Origin: an uncultured Alphaproteobacteria bacterium | GTDB lineage: Bacteria > Pseudomonadota > Alphaproteobacteria > Puniceispirillales > Puniceispirillaceae | NCBI GenBank assembly: GCA_913064995.1 | Contig: CAJYBL010000001.1 | Coordinates: forward strand, 1 to 39,155 | Length of the DNA stretch: 39,155 nt | Direction: 5' to 3' | Shown here: positions 1 through 8,643 of the stretch, in pieces | How the letters are laid out: every line of letters begins with the position of its first letter | Position numbering within the stretch: position 1 is the stretch's first letter | Notes under the pieces: model-generated | Seen by the model: the letters and a program-made list of their open reading frames with translations, nothing else | What the model was told of the DNA's origin: nothing | Database searches by the model: none | Translations under genes and position numbers: made by a program

Positions 1-576
1 AGGCCCCAGAACGCGCTCGGTGAAAAACAGAAAATGGGAAATCACTTCGCGGGTCATGCCGCCCTCGGTACGGAACCGCAGCCAATCAGCCCCCTTTTGC
101 CATTGGCGCGGCCAGGCGGGATAGGTCACGATAACATCGACTCCAAGCAAGGCACCCATCTCGCCACGTTCTTTTGCTACTAATAAATCGGTCAAGGCGG
201 CACCTGATGCTTGCGTGAAATTCACCGCAATAGGAACATTATAGGCTTGCAATCCGGCCATAAGCCTTGCGCTATCGTCAAGATTGATGCCAAACGGTTT
301 TTCCAGAAACAGGGCTTTGCCCGCCGCCGCCGCTGCAAGCGCATAGGGTTCGCGAACCGCCGGTGGGCAAGCAAGATAAACCAGATCCGCCTTGCTGATG
401 GCGTCACTTGCGCTATCCATAACTTTTGATTGCGGGTCTAAAATGATTGCCTGATGGCAAGCAGACTTATTTGGATCCCATAAATAATCGGGTTCAAAAT
501 CGTGGTGAAGCCGCATATGAGTAAGCATCCGCTGCCCCATTATACCTAACCCGATAATCGCTACTTTCGTTGTCAT
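1..576 (-). CDS. Gfo/Idh/MocA family oxidoreductase, 5' part (runs off the window start)
   Basis: Absent from the ORF track because its stop lies outside the window. Manual translation from ATG at 576 gives MTTKVAIIGLGIMGQRM (Rossmann GxGxxG), LVYLACPP, LFLEKP and GGMTREVISHF, all typical of this family. The frame is open to position 1. Confidence 0.9.
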   Translation of the reverse strand, partial: MTTKVAIIGLGIMGQRMLTHMRLHHDFEPDYLWDPNKSACHQAIILDPQSKVMDSASDAISKADLVYLACPPAVREPYALAAAAAGKALFLEKPFGINLDDSARLMAGLQAYNVPIAVNFTQASGAALTDLLVAKERGEMGALLGVDVIVTYPAWPRQWQKGADWLRFRTEGGMTREVISHFLFFTERVLGP

Positions 577-622
577 GGTCGTGGCCTTTATCCAAATTTT
601 TATCAAACTACTTGCGCGGCTT

Positions 623-1156
623 TTAAAATCGGCCGTCTTGGAAGAGGGTGAGATAGTTTTGTCCAAGTTTAACATCATAAAATTCTGATGCCTTATTGTC
701 ATGGAGCGTGCTGAGGGCTTTGGCCGCCCAAACTACATTACCCTCAAGCGCCAACAGCAAATAATATTTTGCCTTTGCATCATCCTTTTCAACGTCATCG
801 CCCAAAAGATACGCCACACCAAGGGCAAAATACCCTGCTGGATAGGCGAATGACGCCGATTTATGAAAAGATGATATCGCGCCCTTCGAGTCACCATCGC
901 GCAATTGGCCACGTCCAAGCTGCAAATAATAACGCGCTTGGTCTTGTGATTTTGTTGCGGATGCGATGGCGGCGTGGCAGGCGCTGATCAATTGATTTGC
1001 CTGAATATCTTGAAATTTAACCGGCTCAGACTTGCGTAACGGATCGGCCGCCAAAGCGCCCAGGTCATCGCAGCTTGACCCCTGCTGGTCTAAAGCATTG
1101 CTGTTGCTTGGTTCAGCCAAGATCAACAGGCTGGCAATCAAGATGACAAGCCGCAT
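623..1156 (-). CDS. Exported Sel1-like/TPR repeat protein
   Basis: Likely start is ATG 1156 (MRLVILIASLLILA, signal-peptide-like). The Sel1-like repeat GYFALGVAYLLGDDVEKDDAKAKYYLLLALEGN is visible, with an N-terminal Cys pair (CDDLGA...AC). Confidence 0.75.
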   Translation of the reverse strand: MRLVILIASLLILAEPSNSNALDQQGSSCDDLGALAADPLRKSEPVKFQDIQANQLISACHAAIASATKSQDQARYYLQLGRGQLRDGDSKGAISSFHKSASFAYPAGYFALGVAYLLGDDVEKDDAKAKYYLLLALEGNVVWAAKALSTLHDNKASEFYDVKLGQNYLTLFQDGRF

Positions 1157-1362
1157 TTTTTCCAGCTTTCGGGCATTGCTTTGGTGATTATCGCTGTATT
1201 CCTGTTTGTTTAGTTTAGGTGCCGCTAATGCCAAGTCAACTGCCGCCTTTATGCCGTGGCTTGTGCGATTCCAACCGCGCCATTGTGTTTGCTATTTCGT
1301 GATAGCCAATTGAAATTGGCGGGCATATGCCTATTTAATACCAAGAATAGTCAAAAGGTACG

Positions 1363-1827
1363 ATGATGATGGCTCGGAAATTTTTTATTATTGGTGCAAT
1401 CATGATAATGAGTTTGCTTGGTGCTCAAGCATTTGCCGCGGGCAGTGATGATTATGCGCCGACTGCGGCTAAGCCAGCAGCCTATAACAAAGCGCTGGCT
1501 CTAATTAAGGATAAGAATTACGGGCAAGCCATTGCGAGTCTGAAACAAGCTGAAGCTGCGGCTAAAAAAGACGCCGATATCCAGAATTTACTGGGGTTTG
1601 CCCATCGCAAATCGGGCAAGCTGGACGAAGCGGCGAAATATTATAAATCTGCCTTGGTGCTCGACACAAAGCATAAGGGCGCCTTGGAATATCAAGGCGA
1701 ATTGTTTTTGATGCTTGGTGACAAGGCCAGCGCCAAAAAAAATCTGAAAAAGTTGGATAAGATTTGCTGGCTTGGTTGCAGCGAATTGGATGATCTTCGT
1801 ACGGCGATCAGAAATTATAAGCCTTAA
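1363..1827 (+). CDS. Exported tetratricopeptide repeat protein
   Basis: Signal peptide ending AQAFA, TPR motifs (ADIQNLLGFAHRKSGKLDEAAKYYKSAL, GALEYQGELFL) and a C-terminal CxxxC. Confidence 0.85.
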   Translation: MMMARKFFIIGAIMIMSLLGAQAFAAGSDDYAPTAAKPAAYNKALALIKDKNYGQAIASLKQAEAAAKKDADIQNLLGFAHRKSGKLDEAAKYYKSALVLDTKHKGALEYQGELFLMLGDKASAKKNLKKLDKICWLGCSELDDLRTAIRNYKP

Positions 1828-1925
1828 GCGGTTGAATTTTGCGACTGCCTGATTTTGTGGCAGGGTCATTATTGCGACGCTAATATGTGTGATGATTAAC
1901 GATTGAGATAACAAGGGAGATCATT

Positions 1926-2066
1926 TTGCCCATAGACCCGTTACCGCAAAACCGCCTTGGTAAGGTGATTATCGTTATCTCGATAATGTTCGTATTATTG
2001 TTTGCATCAGCCGTGTTGATGCATTGGCTTGACAGTCCTGAAAGCCTAAATCCGGTATTTGGCTAG
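1926..2066 (+). CDS. Small single-pass membrane protein (46 aa), below the track cut-off
   Basis: RBS AAGGGAG (1913-1919) lies 6 nt before TTG 1926. Translation is MPIDPLPQNRLGKVIIVISIMFVLLFASAVLMHWLDSPESLNPVFG*, with one clean hydrophobic helix preceded by basic residues. Confidence 0.65.
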   Translation: MPIDPLPQNRLGKVIIVISIMFVLLFASAVLMHWLDSPESLNPVFG

Positions 2067-2156
2067 CCTGTTTCTGCCGTGTTCGATTGATGGCCATTTA
2101 GGTTTTGTTTTTGTTAAAATTTACCATCACAGCTTGCTGATATAAGGATTAATCAA

Positions 2157-2576
2157 TTGCAGCTTTCTATTCTCATCCATGCCGCCAATATTGGATTCAT
2201 GGTTATGTTTTCGGCCGTTGTTGCGCCGACAGTTTTCAAGGTTCTATCGCAAAAAGCGGCTGGTGCTTATCTTCGGAAACTATTCCCAAGAATGTTTATG
2301 TTTGGATTTATAACCTCAAGCTGTGCCGCGTTTGCCGCACTGTTTGATGGTCATTCACAAAATGTCATTATTTCGGTGTTGGTTGCCTTGGGGTTTTTGG
2401 GTAATGCTTTTATCCTAACACCGCAGATCAATAAATATCGCGACGCGCTTCTTGCTGGTGATGCCGCTGCAAAAACAATGTTTGGCCGGCTGCACTTGAT
2501 ATCGGTTGCGGTGTTTCTTGTTCAACTGCTGGCAAGTAGCTACATCGTCATTACGGCCTATTTATCAAGCTGGTAA
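2157..2576 (+). CDS. DUF4149/TMEM205-like membrane protein
   Basis: Four hydrophobic segments and the motifs FSAVVAPTVFKVL...AGAYLRKLFP and FGRLHLISV. TAAGGA RBS precedes the TTG start. Confidence 0.8.
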   Translation: MQLSILIHAANIGFMVMFSAVVAPTVFKVLSQKAAGAYLRKLFPRMFMFGFITSSCAAFAALFDGHSQNVIISVLVALGFLGNAFILTPQINKYRDALLAGDAAAKTMFGRLHLISVAVFLVQLLASSYIVITAYLSSW

Positions 2577-2639
2577 TTAATCATCATCAATCATTCGTGA
2601 TTGGGTAAAACCCTATTTTTTTGCCCTTTGCGGCAAATC

Positions 2640-2936
2640 TTATCGGCGTTTGTTTGGAACGCGCGAATTGAAATCGACTGGACGTTTTTTAATCCAATTG
2701 ATAAATTTGGCAATTCTTGGATGCTGCCGCAGCCCGTCAATTGAATGATAATCTCTTGCCAATTCGGCTTCGGTCAAACTTGCGTGTATTTCTTTGTGAC
2801 AAATATGGTGCAAAAGAACCGTTTCACCAGTTTTTCCGCCTTTCAGCTTTGGAATCAAATGATGTTTTGATTGCGCAACATTGGTAGGAATCGACCGAAG
2901 ACAAAGCGGGCAAATCGGGTCATCCATGTCGTTCAA
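2640..2936 (-). CDS. Small HNH endonuclease-family protein (YisB-like)
   Basis: CPLC...HHLIPKLKGG...LHHICHKEIH motif. An AGGAG RBS lies 6 nt before TTG 2936, so the start is shorter than in the track ORF. Confidence 0.8.
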   Translation of the reverse strand: MNDMDDPICPLCLRSIPTNVAQSKHHLIPKLKGGKTGETVLLHHICHKEIHASLTEAELARDYHSIDGLRQHPRIAKFINWIKKRPVDFNSRVPNKRR

Positions 2937-3128
2937 ATTCGTCTCCTGAAATGCTATCTGTCTTTGCGTTTGCCGGCAGAATTGATTTGGATGCTGCTTA
3001 CAAATTATGATGCTTTCCAACCATTATAGCCTTGATGGCGTCCATGCTTCAATCAAATCAGAGTGATAATGCAGGCAGCGGAGAAACGCCGATGACCAAA
3101 AAATCAACCTAGCGTGAAATAGCGCTAT

Positions 3129-3344
3129 TCATGGCACTAACTGTGATCGGACACAAAAGCCGCATAGATAATCGGATGTTTTGGCATCATAACTCACATG
3201 CACCCCGCGCAATGGTGGCAGATAGGGCGGCGTGGTTTTGCGAATACATTTATCGCAGCCCTGATTTTCATAAATGAAAAATTGGCGTTGCAGATAAGTC
3301 CATTCGGATCCACTAACCGGCTTTGGTGCAATAATCTCTGACAA
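3129..3344 (-). CDS. Hypothetical 71-aa protein with two CxxC pairs (putative Zn-binding)
   Basis: CDKC and CGFC motifs. It fills an otherwise empty gap in the same orientation as the HNH gene. TTG start with a weak RBS. Confidence 0.5.
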   Translation of the reverse strand: MSEIIAPKPVSGSEWTYLQRQFFIYENQGCDKCIRKTTPPYLPPLRGVHVSYDAKTSDYLCGFCVRSQLVP

Positions 3345-3572
3345 AAGGATTCACTTCGTTTCATTGCTTTGGCGGCGGCCAAAATTATCAACATATTCTG
3401 ATCATAGTATTCGGGTTATCATATTTGGGTCATGCCAATCTCGGCGATATCATTATGGGGATGGTGGTTCGTTTTGCCAATGCAATGACGTTGCCTTGGC
3501 CTGTGATTTATGTGCTATTGATAATGTGTGGCTTATTATGGTTGCGGTTTTAGATGGTAACATGAGGTTCAA

Positions 3573-3758
3573 ATGAAAATGAAATTTCGCGCCGCGTTTT
3601 TGGGGCTGAATTATATTGCGACAGTGGCGGCAAGCCTGACGATATTGTTTTCAGATCAATTTTCATTTGGTGAAAAAGCCGTCTATGGCACAAGCGTAAT
3701 TTTAATCGGCATGGCCATTCGTAATTTTGTACAAATCAAAATGCCAATCGAAGAATAA
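3573..3758 (+). CDS. Small two-helix membrane protein
   Basis: GAGGT RBS before ATG and two hydrophobic segments separated by SDQFSFGEK. Confidence 0.65.
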   Translation: MKMKFRAAFLGLNYIATVAASLTILFSDQFSFGEKAVYGTSVILIGMAIRNFVQIKMPIEE

Positions 3759-3763
3759 GCGCC

Positions 3764-3779
3764 AGCCCTTTCGGGGGCT
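3764..3779. terminator. Short hairpin with UUCG loop between convergent genes
   Basis: AGCCCT-TTCG-GGGGCT lies directly after the 3758 stop. There is no clear U-tract. Confidence 0.4.
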
Positions 3780-3808
3780 CACACCAGCTATTTATGTGTT
3801 TGCAATCG

Positions 3809-4639
3809 CTAAAGCCGGCGTGCCAGCGCATCATAGGCCCGCGAGCTTAGCAACCGGCGAAGGATCATCATTATTGTTGTGGCAGTGGTGACGCGGTATC
3901 GCAGTTTTGGCCGTTTTGCCGTGGCCGCATGCATCACCGCCTTGGTGACAGCGGCCGGCATCAATTCAAAAGTATCGGGTGGCGGATTTATGGCTGATAA
4001 GCGCGGTATGGCGATTTCTTCATACCAAGATTCGCGGGCAGTTCCCTTCCAATTGATCCATTGTTTGAATTGTATATAGGCATTTTCCCTGATCCGGGTT
4101 CGGATAGGCCCGGGTTCAACAAGGATTAAATGAATATTTGTTCCGTGAAGTTCTAACCGCATCGTGTCGGTTAGCCCCTCCAATGCAAATTTGGTGGCAT
4201 TATAGGCGCCCCTGAATTTCAAAGGTGCAAAGCCAAGAACCGATGAATTTTGAATAATGCGACCGTGTTTTTGTTTGCGCATCTGCGCGATGGCAAGCCG
4301 TGACAATGTATGCCAGCCAAAGAAATTCGCCTCGAAAATTGCCCGCAAGGCATCCGTTGGAAGATCTTCAACAAGCGCCGGAATGCCATAAGCGCCATTG
4401 TTGAACAAGACATCTAGATGCCCATCTATAAATTCAAGCGCATCAGCAAAGCCGTTGATGATGCTCGCCTCATCTTCATAATCAATGCAAATGCTATGGA
4501 TTTTATGATGGTCGCGCATGATTGCGCAGTCCGCTGGCTTGCGACAGCTGGCGATAACCTTCCAGCCGGCATCACGAAAGGCAAGCGCGGAATCAAGGCC
4601 AATGCCGCTTGAGCATCCGGTAATCAAAATTGATTTCAT
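3809..4639 (-). CDS. SDR family oxidoreductase (YbbO-like)
   Basis: TGCSSGIG, FNNGAYG, NSSVLG, catalytic YNATK and EPGPI motifs. Confidence 0.92.
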   Translation of the reverse strand: MKSILITGCSSGIGLDSALAFRDAGWKVIASCRKPADCAIMRDHHKIHSICIDYEDEASIINGFADALEFIDGHLDVLFNNGAYGIPALVEDLPTDALRAIFEANFFGWHTLSRLAIAQMRKQKHGRIIQNSSVLGFAPLKFRGAYNATKFALEGLTDTMRLELHGTNIHLILVEPGPIRTRIRENAYIQFKQWINWKGTARESWYEEIAIPRLSAINPPPDTFELMPAAVTKAVMHAATAKRPKLRYRVTTATTIMMILRRLLSSRAYDALARRL

Positions 4640-4691
4640 GATGACAGCCTTTTTTGATCGGGTTTCTGTTTCGTGCAGTCAGTCTTGGCGT

Positions 4692-5423
4692 CTAATGAGG
4701 GTCTATACCTAATTTCCCAGTCATGCCATGTAATTCAAGCTGCGCCGCGATCCAGCCATTTTCGATTGATTGGGCAATCAGCGCATTAAGAAAGGCAATT
4801 GAATCGGCCTTGCCCTTGGCAAGGCCGATTGATTGCTTCACTGCGGTAAAAGGAGGGTCGATGATCCGAAGGCCGCTATGATTGGCCATGTCTTCAAGAA
4901 GCTTTGGTTTCAGACTTGCCAGAACATCAACCTTTTTTTCAAAAAACAAATCATGCGCTGCCTGAATTGATGACGCCCGAATAATCTGGGCTTGGCTGAA
5001 ATGGTCGGTAAGCCAGAGATCATAAGCGCTTCGCTCGGAAACGGCGATTTTTGCGGCAGCCCGATCAATATCATCATTGGTCCAAAAATCATCATCATGG
5101 CGTACCAGAAAATTGGCTTCGATCACGACATAGGGGTGACTGAAATCCAGCGTTTGGGCGCGCTCAGCCTCAAATGCGATATTGCCGATATCCCAGATAT
5201 CCTGATTGACGGCATCGGCCAGTTTCCCTGGTCGATCGAAGCAAACCAGCTCGCAAGACAGGCCAAGCGTTGAGGCAACAAGGTTGGCAATATCGGGCGA
5301 AATCCCCTGCGGGCTGCCATCAGCGGCAGTGCTGGATACCAGCAGAAAATTGCTTAAATTAATGCCGGCACGCAAAATGCCCTTAGGGGCCAATTGATGT
5401 TTTACCACATCTGATACAAACAT
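4692..5423 (-). CDS. Stand-alone family 3 (amino-acid-type) substrate-binding domain protein
   Basis: LAPKGILRAGINLSN, GISPDIA, WDIGNIA..AERAQTLDFSHPYVVIE and SAYDLWL patterns. GGAGG RBS. Confidence 0.8.
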   Translation of the reverse strand: MFVSDVVKHQLAPKGILRAGINLSNFLLVSSTAADGSPQGISPDIANLVASTLGLSCELVCFDRPGKLADAVNQDIWDIGNIAFEAERAQTLDFSHPYVVIEANFLVRHDDDFWTNDDIDRAAAKIAVSERSAYDLWLTDHFSQAQIIRASSIQAAHDLFFEKKVDVLASLKPKLLEDMANHSGLRIIDPPFTAVKQSIGLAKGKADSIAFLNALIAQSIENGWIAAQLELHGMTGKLGIDPH

Positions 5424-5455
5424 AAATTTCCTCCAAGATCGGACGAATAGGGGGC

Positions 5456-6994
5456 TTAATGCAGCTTGCCAAGCAATAGACCACTCATCAGCCTGTCAAC
5501 TGGCGCGCGGTCATCGGTTAAAATTGGCAACTGCTGATTGGCGCTTGCCGATACTAGCTTGCTATTTGGCCAACGCCACCAGCTTCTTTCAAAGCCATTT
5601 TCGGCATTGATGAAATCATCTTCAAGCGGGGTGTTTGTGCCAACGACAATAAAGGTTGTTCGCATGCCTTGCTGCCTTGGATCAGGCTCGAACCAGACTT
5701 CAACCTTGTCAAAGGAACGCTGCAAGGTTTTGACATATGACAGCAAAAATAGCGGGCGTTTGGCATTGTCGATAACATTCACCAGATAAACGCCATCATC
5801 ATGCAGCCGCTGCGCAATAAGATCATTAAATTCTTGTGTGACCAGATGCTCGGGGATCGAGATGTCATGAAACGCATCACCAAAAACAAGATCGAATTTC
5901 ACATCATCAGCCAGCTTATTCAATTCATATCGGGCATCGCCATGAATGACTTTGGTTTGTGATCCATCGGGCGAAAACCATAATTTGGCCTTGGCAATAT
6001 CGGTCACTTGTGGGTCAATTTCGGCAATCGTAATATCGGCTTTACCCTGATATTTTGCAATCCAGGCTCGTGGCAACGAAAACCCGCCGCCGCCAATGAA
6101 AAATGATTGTGGTGGCCGGTCGCCAAAACGAAGGCTGATATATTCATCAACAAAATGGACATAAGGCGAATGCAGCCGTTCGGGCTGGTCTTTTTCATTG
6201 ATGGAATGCACCAGATGATCAAGGGCAATCAGGCGGGTTTCAGCTCCAGCCATGCCGACATCCTGAATCTGGATACAGAAATAATTGCTTTCGGTGACGC
6301 ATTGGCTTTTCAGCGCGCCAATTTTTTGCGCACCAGCCATCATCGAAACCCCAATCGCAAGCGGGATGATCATCACTTTTGCATTCTGTTTATAGCCGAT
6401 CAGGAAAAAGACCGATCCAAGGGCAAAATAGATCACCGCTACCAAAATGACGGTATTTCGGGATCCAAGTGTTGAAATCAGAAAATAGCCAGCAAGAAGC
6501 GCCCCAAAAATAGCACCAGCCGACCCAAGAGCGTACATCCTGCCAATCACCACGCCCGATTCACCTTGCGGATGAATATCAATCGCCAATTTTGTGGCAA
6601 GGGGTGACACAATGCCAACAAACAGGCTTGGCAAGAAAAACAGAATAAAGGACGACACCAGAATGGCGTTGATCACGCTTAGATTGGCCATTTGCAAAAT
6701 ACGCGGGATGAAATCAAGAAGCAGCAATATAAGAAGGCTTGTCAGTGATGATAGGAAAAGCGCATAGCCAATTTTGATGAATTGGGCGCGTTTGACAAAA
6801 TGGCCGCGTGTCAAATTACCACCAATCCAATGGCCAACCGATAATCCGGCAAGAACCACGGCAATGATTGATGTCCATGTGTAAAGTGACATCCCGAAAA
6901 CGGGTGCTAAAAGCCTGCCAGCAACAATTTCAATAATCAGACCGCAGGCCGAGCTTGCAAGGATGGTGATGGCAAGTAAAATTTGAAATATCAT
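5456..6994 (-). CDS. Fused membrane domain / spermidine synthase-like protein
   Basis: About 7 N-terminal TM helices (IEIVAGRLLAPVFGMSLYTWTSII). The C-terminal SAM/dcSAM-binding fold has IGGGGFSLP, EIDP, GDAR and FGDAF. ATG 6994 is preferred over TTG 7015. Confidence 0.85.
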   Translation of the reverse strand: MIFQILLAITILASSACGLIIEIVAGRLLAPVFGMSLYTWTSIIAVVLAGLSVGHWIGGNLTRGHFVKRAQFIKIGYALFLSSLTSLLILLLLDFIPRILQMANLSVINAILVSSFILFFLPSLFVGIVSPLATKLAIDIHPQGESGVVIGRMYALGSAGAIFGALLAGYFLISTLGSRNTVILVAVIYFALGSVFFLIGYKQNAKVMIIPLAIGVSMMAGAQKIGALKSQCVTESNYFCIQIQDVGMAGAETRLIALDHLVHSINEKDQPERLHSPYVHFVDEYISLRFGDRPPQSFFIGGGGFSLPRAWIAKYQGKADITIAEIDPQVTDIAKAKLWFSPDGSQTKVIHGDARYELNKLADDVKFDLVFGDAFHDISIPEHLVTQEFNDLIAQRLHDDGVYLVNVIDNAKRPLFLLSYVKTLQRSFDKVEVWFEPDPRQQGMRTTFIVVGTNTPLEDDFINAENGFERSWWRWPNSKLVSASANQQLPILTDDRAPVDRLMSGLLLGKLH

Positions 6995-7209
6995 AAAAGT
7001 AAAACCTCGCCCCAATGTCTTTCAACATAAAATGCTCCAGCCGATAATAGTCGCATAAAGCGTAAGGCGAGCAAACAATAGAAAATATAGACGGTAACTG
7101 GCCCGTTTATCTTGCTTTACCAGCAACAAAATTATGCGATAGTTAATCCAGCCAACCCATTTTGGTAAGCTGGTAAATGACCATTTGATTAGCATTTTAG
7201 GGGTTTTTG

Positions 7210-8616
7210 ATGTCTGCATTTGACAAATTAATGGCCATTCGCGGCTTGCCACTTTCCGAAAAAGACGAAGTTAGCATCACCGGATCGGATCCTGTTTTGA
7301 ACACACATTTCCGACTGGCAGCAACAGCATCGGCGGCGATTGCATGCATTGGGGTTGGGGTCAATGATCTGTGGGAATTGAAAACGGGTCGAAGGCAATC
7401 AATTGCCATTGATGCCGTTGCGGCAACCGCTGCCCTGAAAAGTAAAAATTATTTTCAGGCAAAAAATCCCAATGGTGTTTTTGAAAATGTCACTGATGCA
7501 AGCCATGAGGCAAATCGTGGCCTTACTGGTATTTTCCAGACCAAAGATGGGCGTTGGCTGTTGCCACATTTCGGGCTTGATCATCTGCGCCGCCGCATGT
7601 TGGATCTGTTGCAAGCCGATGCCAATATAGACTCGATTGCCAAAGCTGTTGCCAAATGGGACGCGCTTGAACTGGAAAATGCGATTGACGAGGCACGGGT
7701 TTGCGGGGGTATGATCCGCACGAATGAAGAATGGCTGCAAGAGCCGCATGGCAAAATTTTAGCAGCAAAGCCGGTTGTTGAAATCATCAAGGTTGGCGAT
7801 AGCGAACCCGAACCAATGCCAGCAGGTGATCGTCCATTATCAGGGATAAGGGCGCTTGATCTGACGCGCATCCTTGCCGGACCAATCACTGGCCGCACCC
7901 TTGCCGAGCATGGGGCTGATGTTCTTATGGTTTCGGCACCGCATTTGCCACAGGTTTGGTCTTATGTTGCCGATACAAGCCATGGCAAGCGAAGCTGTTA
8001 TCTGGATTTGCGTGATGAAAGCGAAAAACAGACGCTTCTTGATTTGGTTAAAACTGCTGATGTGTTTTCCCAAGGCTATCGCCCAGATAAGATCAATCAA
8101 ATGGGGTTGGGGCCAGAGGCGTTGGCAGATATTCGCCCCGGCCTTGTTTACGTCTCAATCAATTGTTACGGCGCTGATGGACCGTTTAGCCATCGGGGCG
8201 GTTGGGAACAGATTGCACAAATCATGACAGGCATTGCCGCCGAAGGGGTTCAATCTTCAGCAGGCTACAAGCCGAAAACACTTCCCGCGGCGGCGAATGA
8301 TTATATCACTGGCTATCTTGGCGCTTATGGAACGCTATTGGCGTTGGCACGGCGCGCGCGCGAAGGTGGCAGCTATCATGTCCGCGTGTCATTATGTCAG
8401 ACGGGAATGATGATTTACGATCAGGGCAAAGTCAGTGCGCTACCAGAAAATTTGAATCTTGGGATTAGTGATGTTGAATCGCTTTGCATTGAATCCGACA
8501 GCCATCTTGGCCGGATCAAACATCTGGCACCGGTGTTAAGCTTGTCTGAAACACGGCCACATTGGGCTTTGCCAACACCTAAAATGGGGTCAAATGACCC
8601 ACGCTGGCTTGGCTAA
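7210..8616 (+). CDS. Family III (CaiB/BaiF) CoA-transferase with a degenerate N-terminal duplicate domain
   Basis: PLSGIRALDLTRILAGP, HGKRS, ADVFSQGYRP and the catalytic-Asp region ANDYITGY are in the C-terminal half. The N-terminal half has F.TKDGRW, a partial repeat. Confidence 0.9.
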   Translation: MSAFDKLMAIRGLPLSEKDEVSITGSDPVLNTHFRLAATASAAIACIGVGVNDLWELKTGRRQSIAIDAVAATAALKSKNYFQAKNPNGVFENVTDASHEANRGLTGIFQTKDGRWLLPHFGLDHLRRRMLDLLQADANIDSIAKAVAKWDALELENAIDEARVCGGMIRTNEEWLQEPHGKILAAKPVVEIIKVGDSEPEPMPAGDRPLSGIRALDLTRILAGPITGRTLAEHGADVLMVSAPHLPQVWSYVADTSHGKRSCYLDLRDESEKQTLLDLVKTADVFSQGYRPDKINQMGLGPEALADIRPGLVYVSINCYGADGPFSHRGGWEQIAQIMTGIAAEGVQSSAGYKPKTLPAAANDYITGYLGAYGTLLALARRAREGGSYHVRVSLCQTGMMIYDQGKVSALPENLNLGISDVESLCIESDSHLGRIKHLAPVLSLSETRPHWALPTPKMGSNDPRWLG

Positions 8617-8643
8617 AGGCGCAATGCCATCGATGTAAAAACC

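Noticed and set aside
2640-2936. HNH gene as evidence of a defence system or mobile element
   Set aside because: It is a small stand-alone YisB-like protein with no methylase, ATPase, integrase or phage genes nearby.
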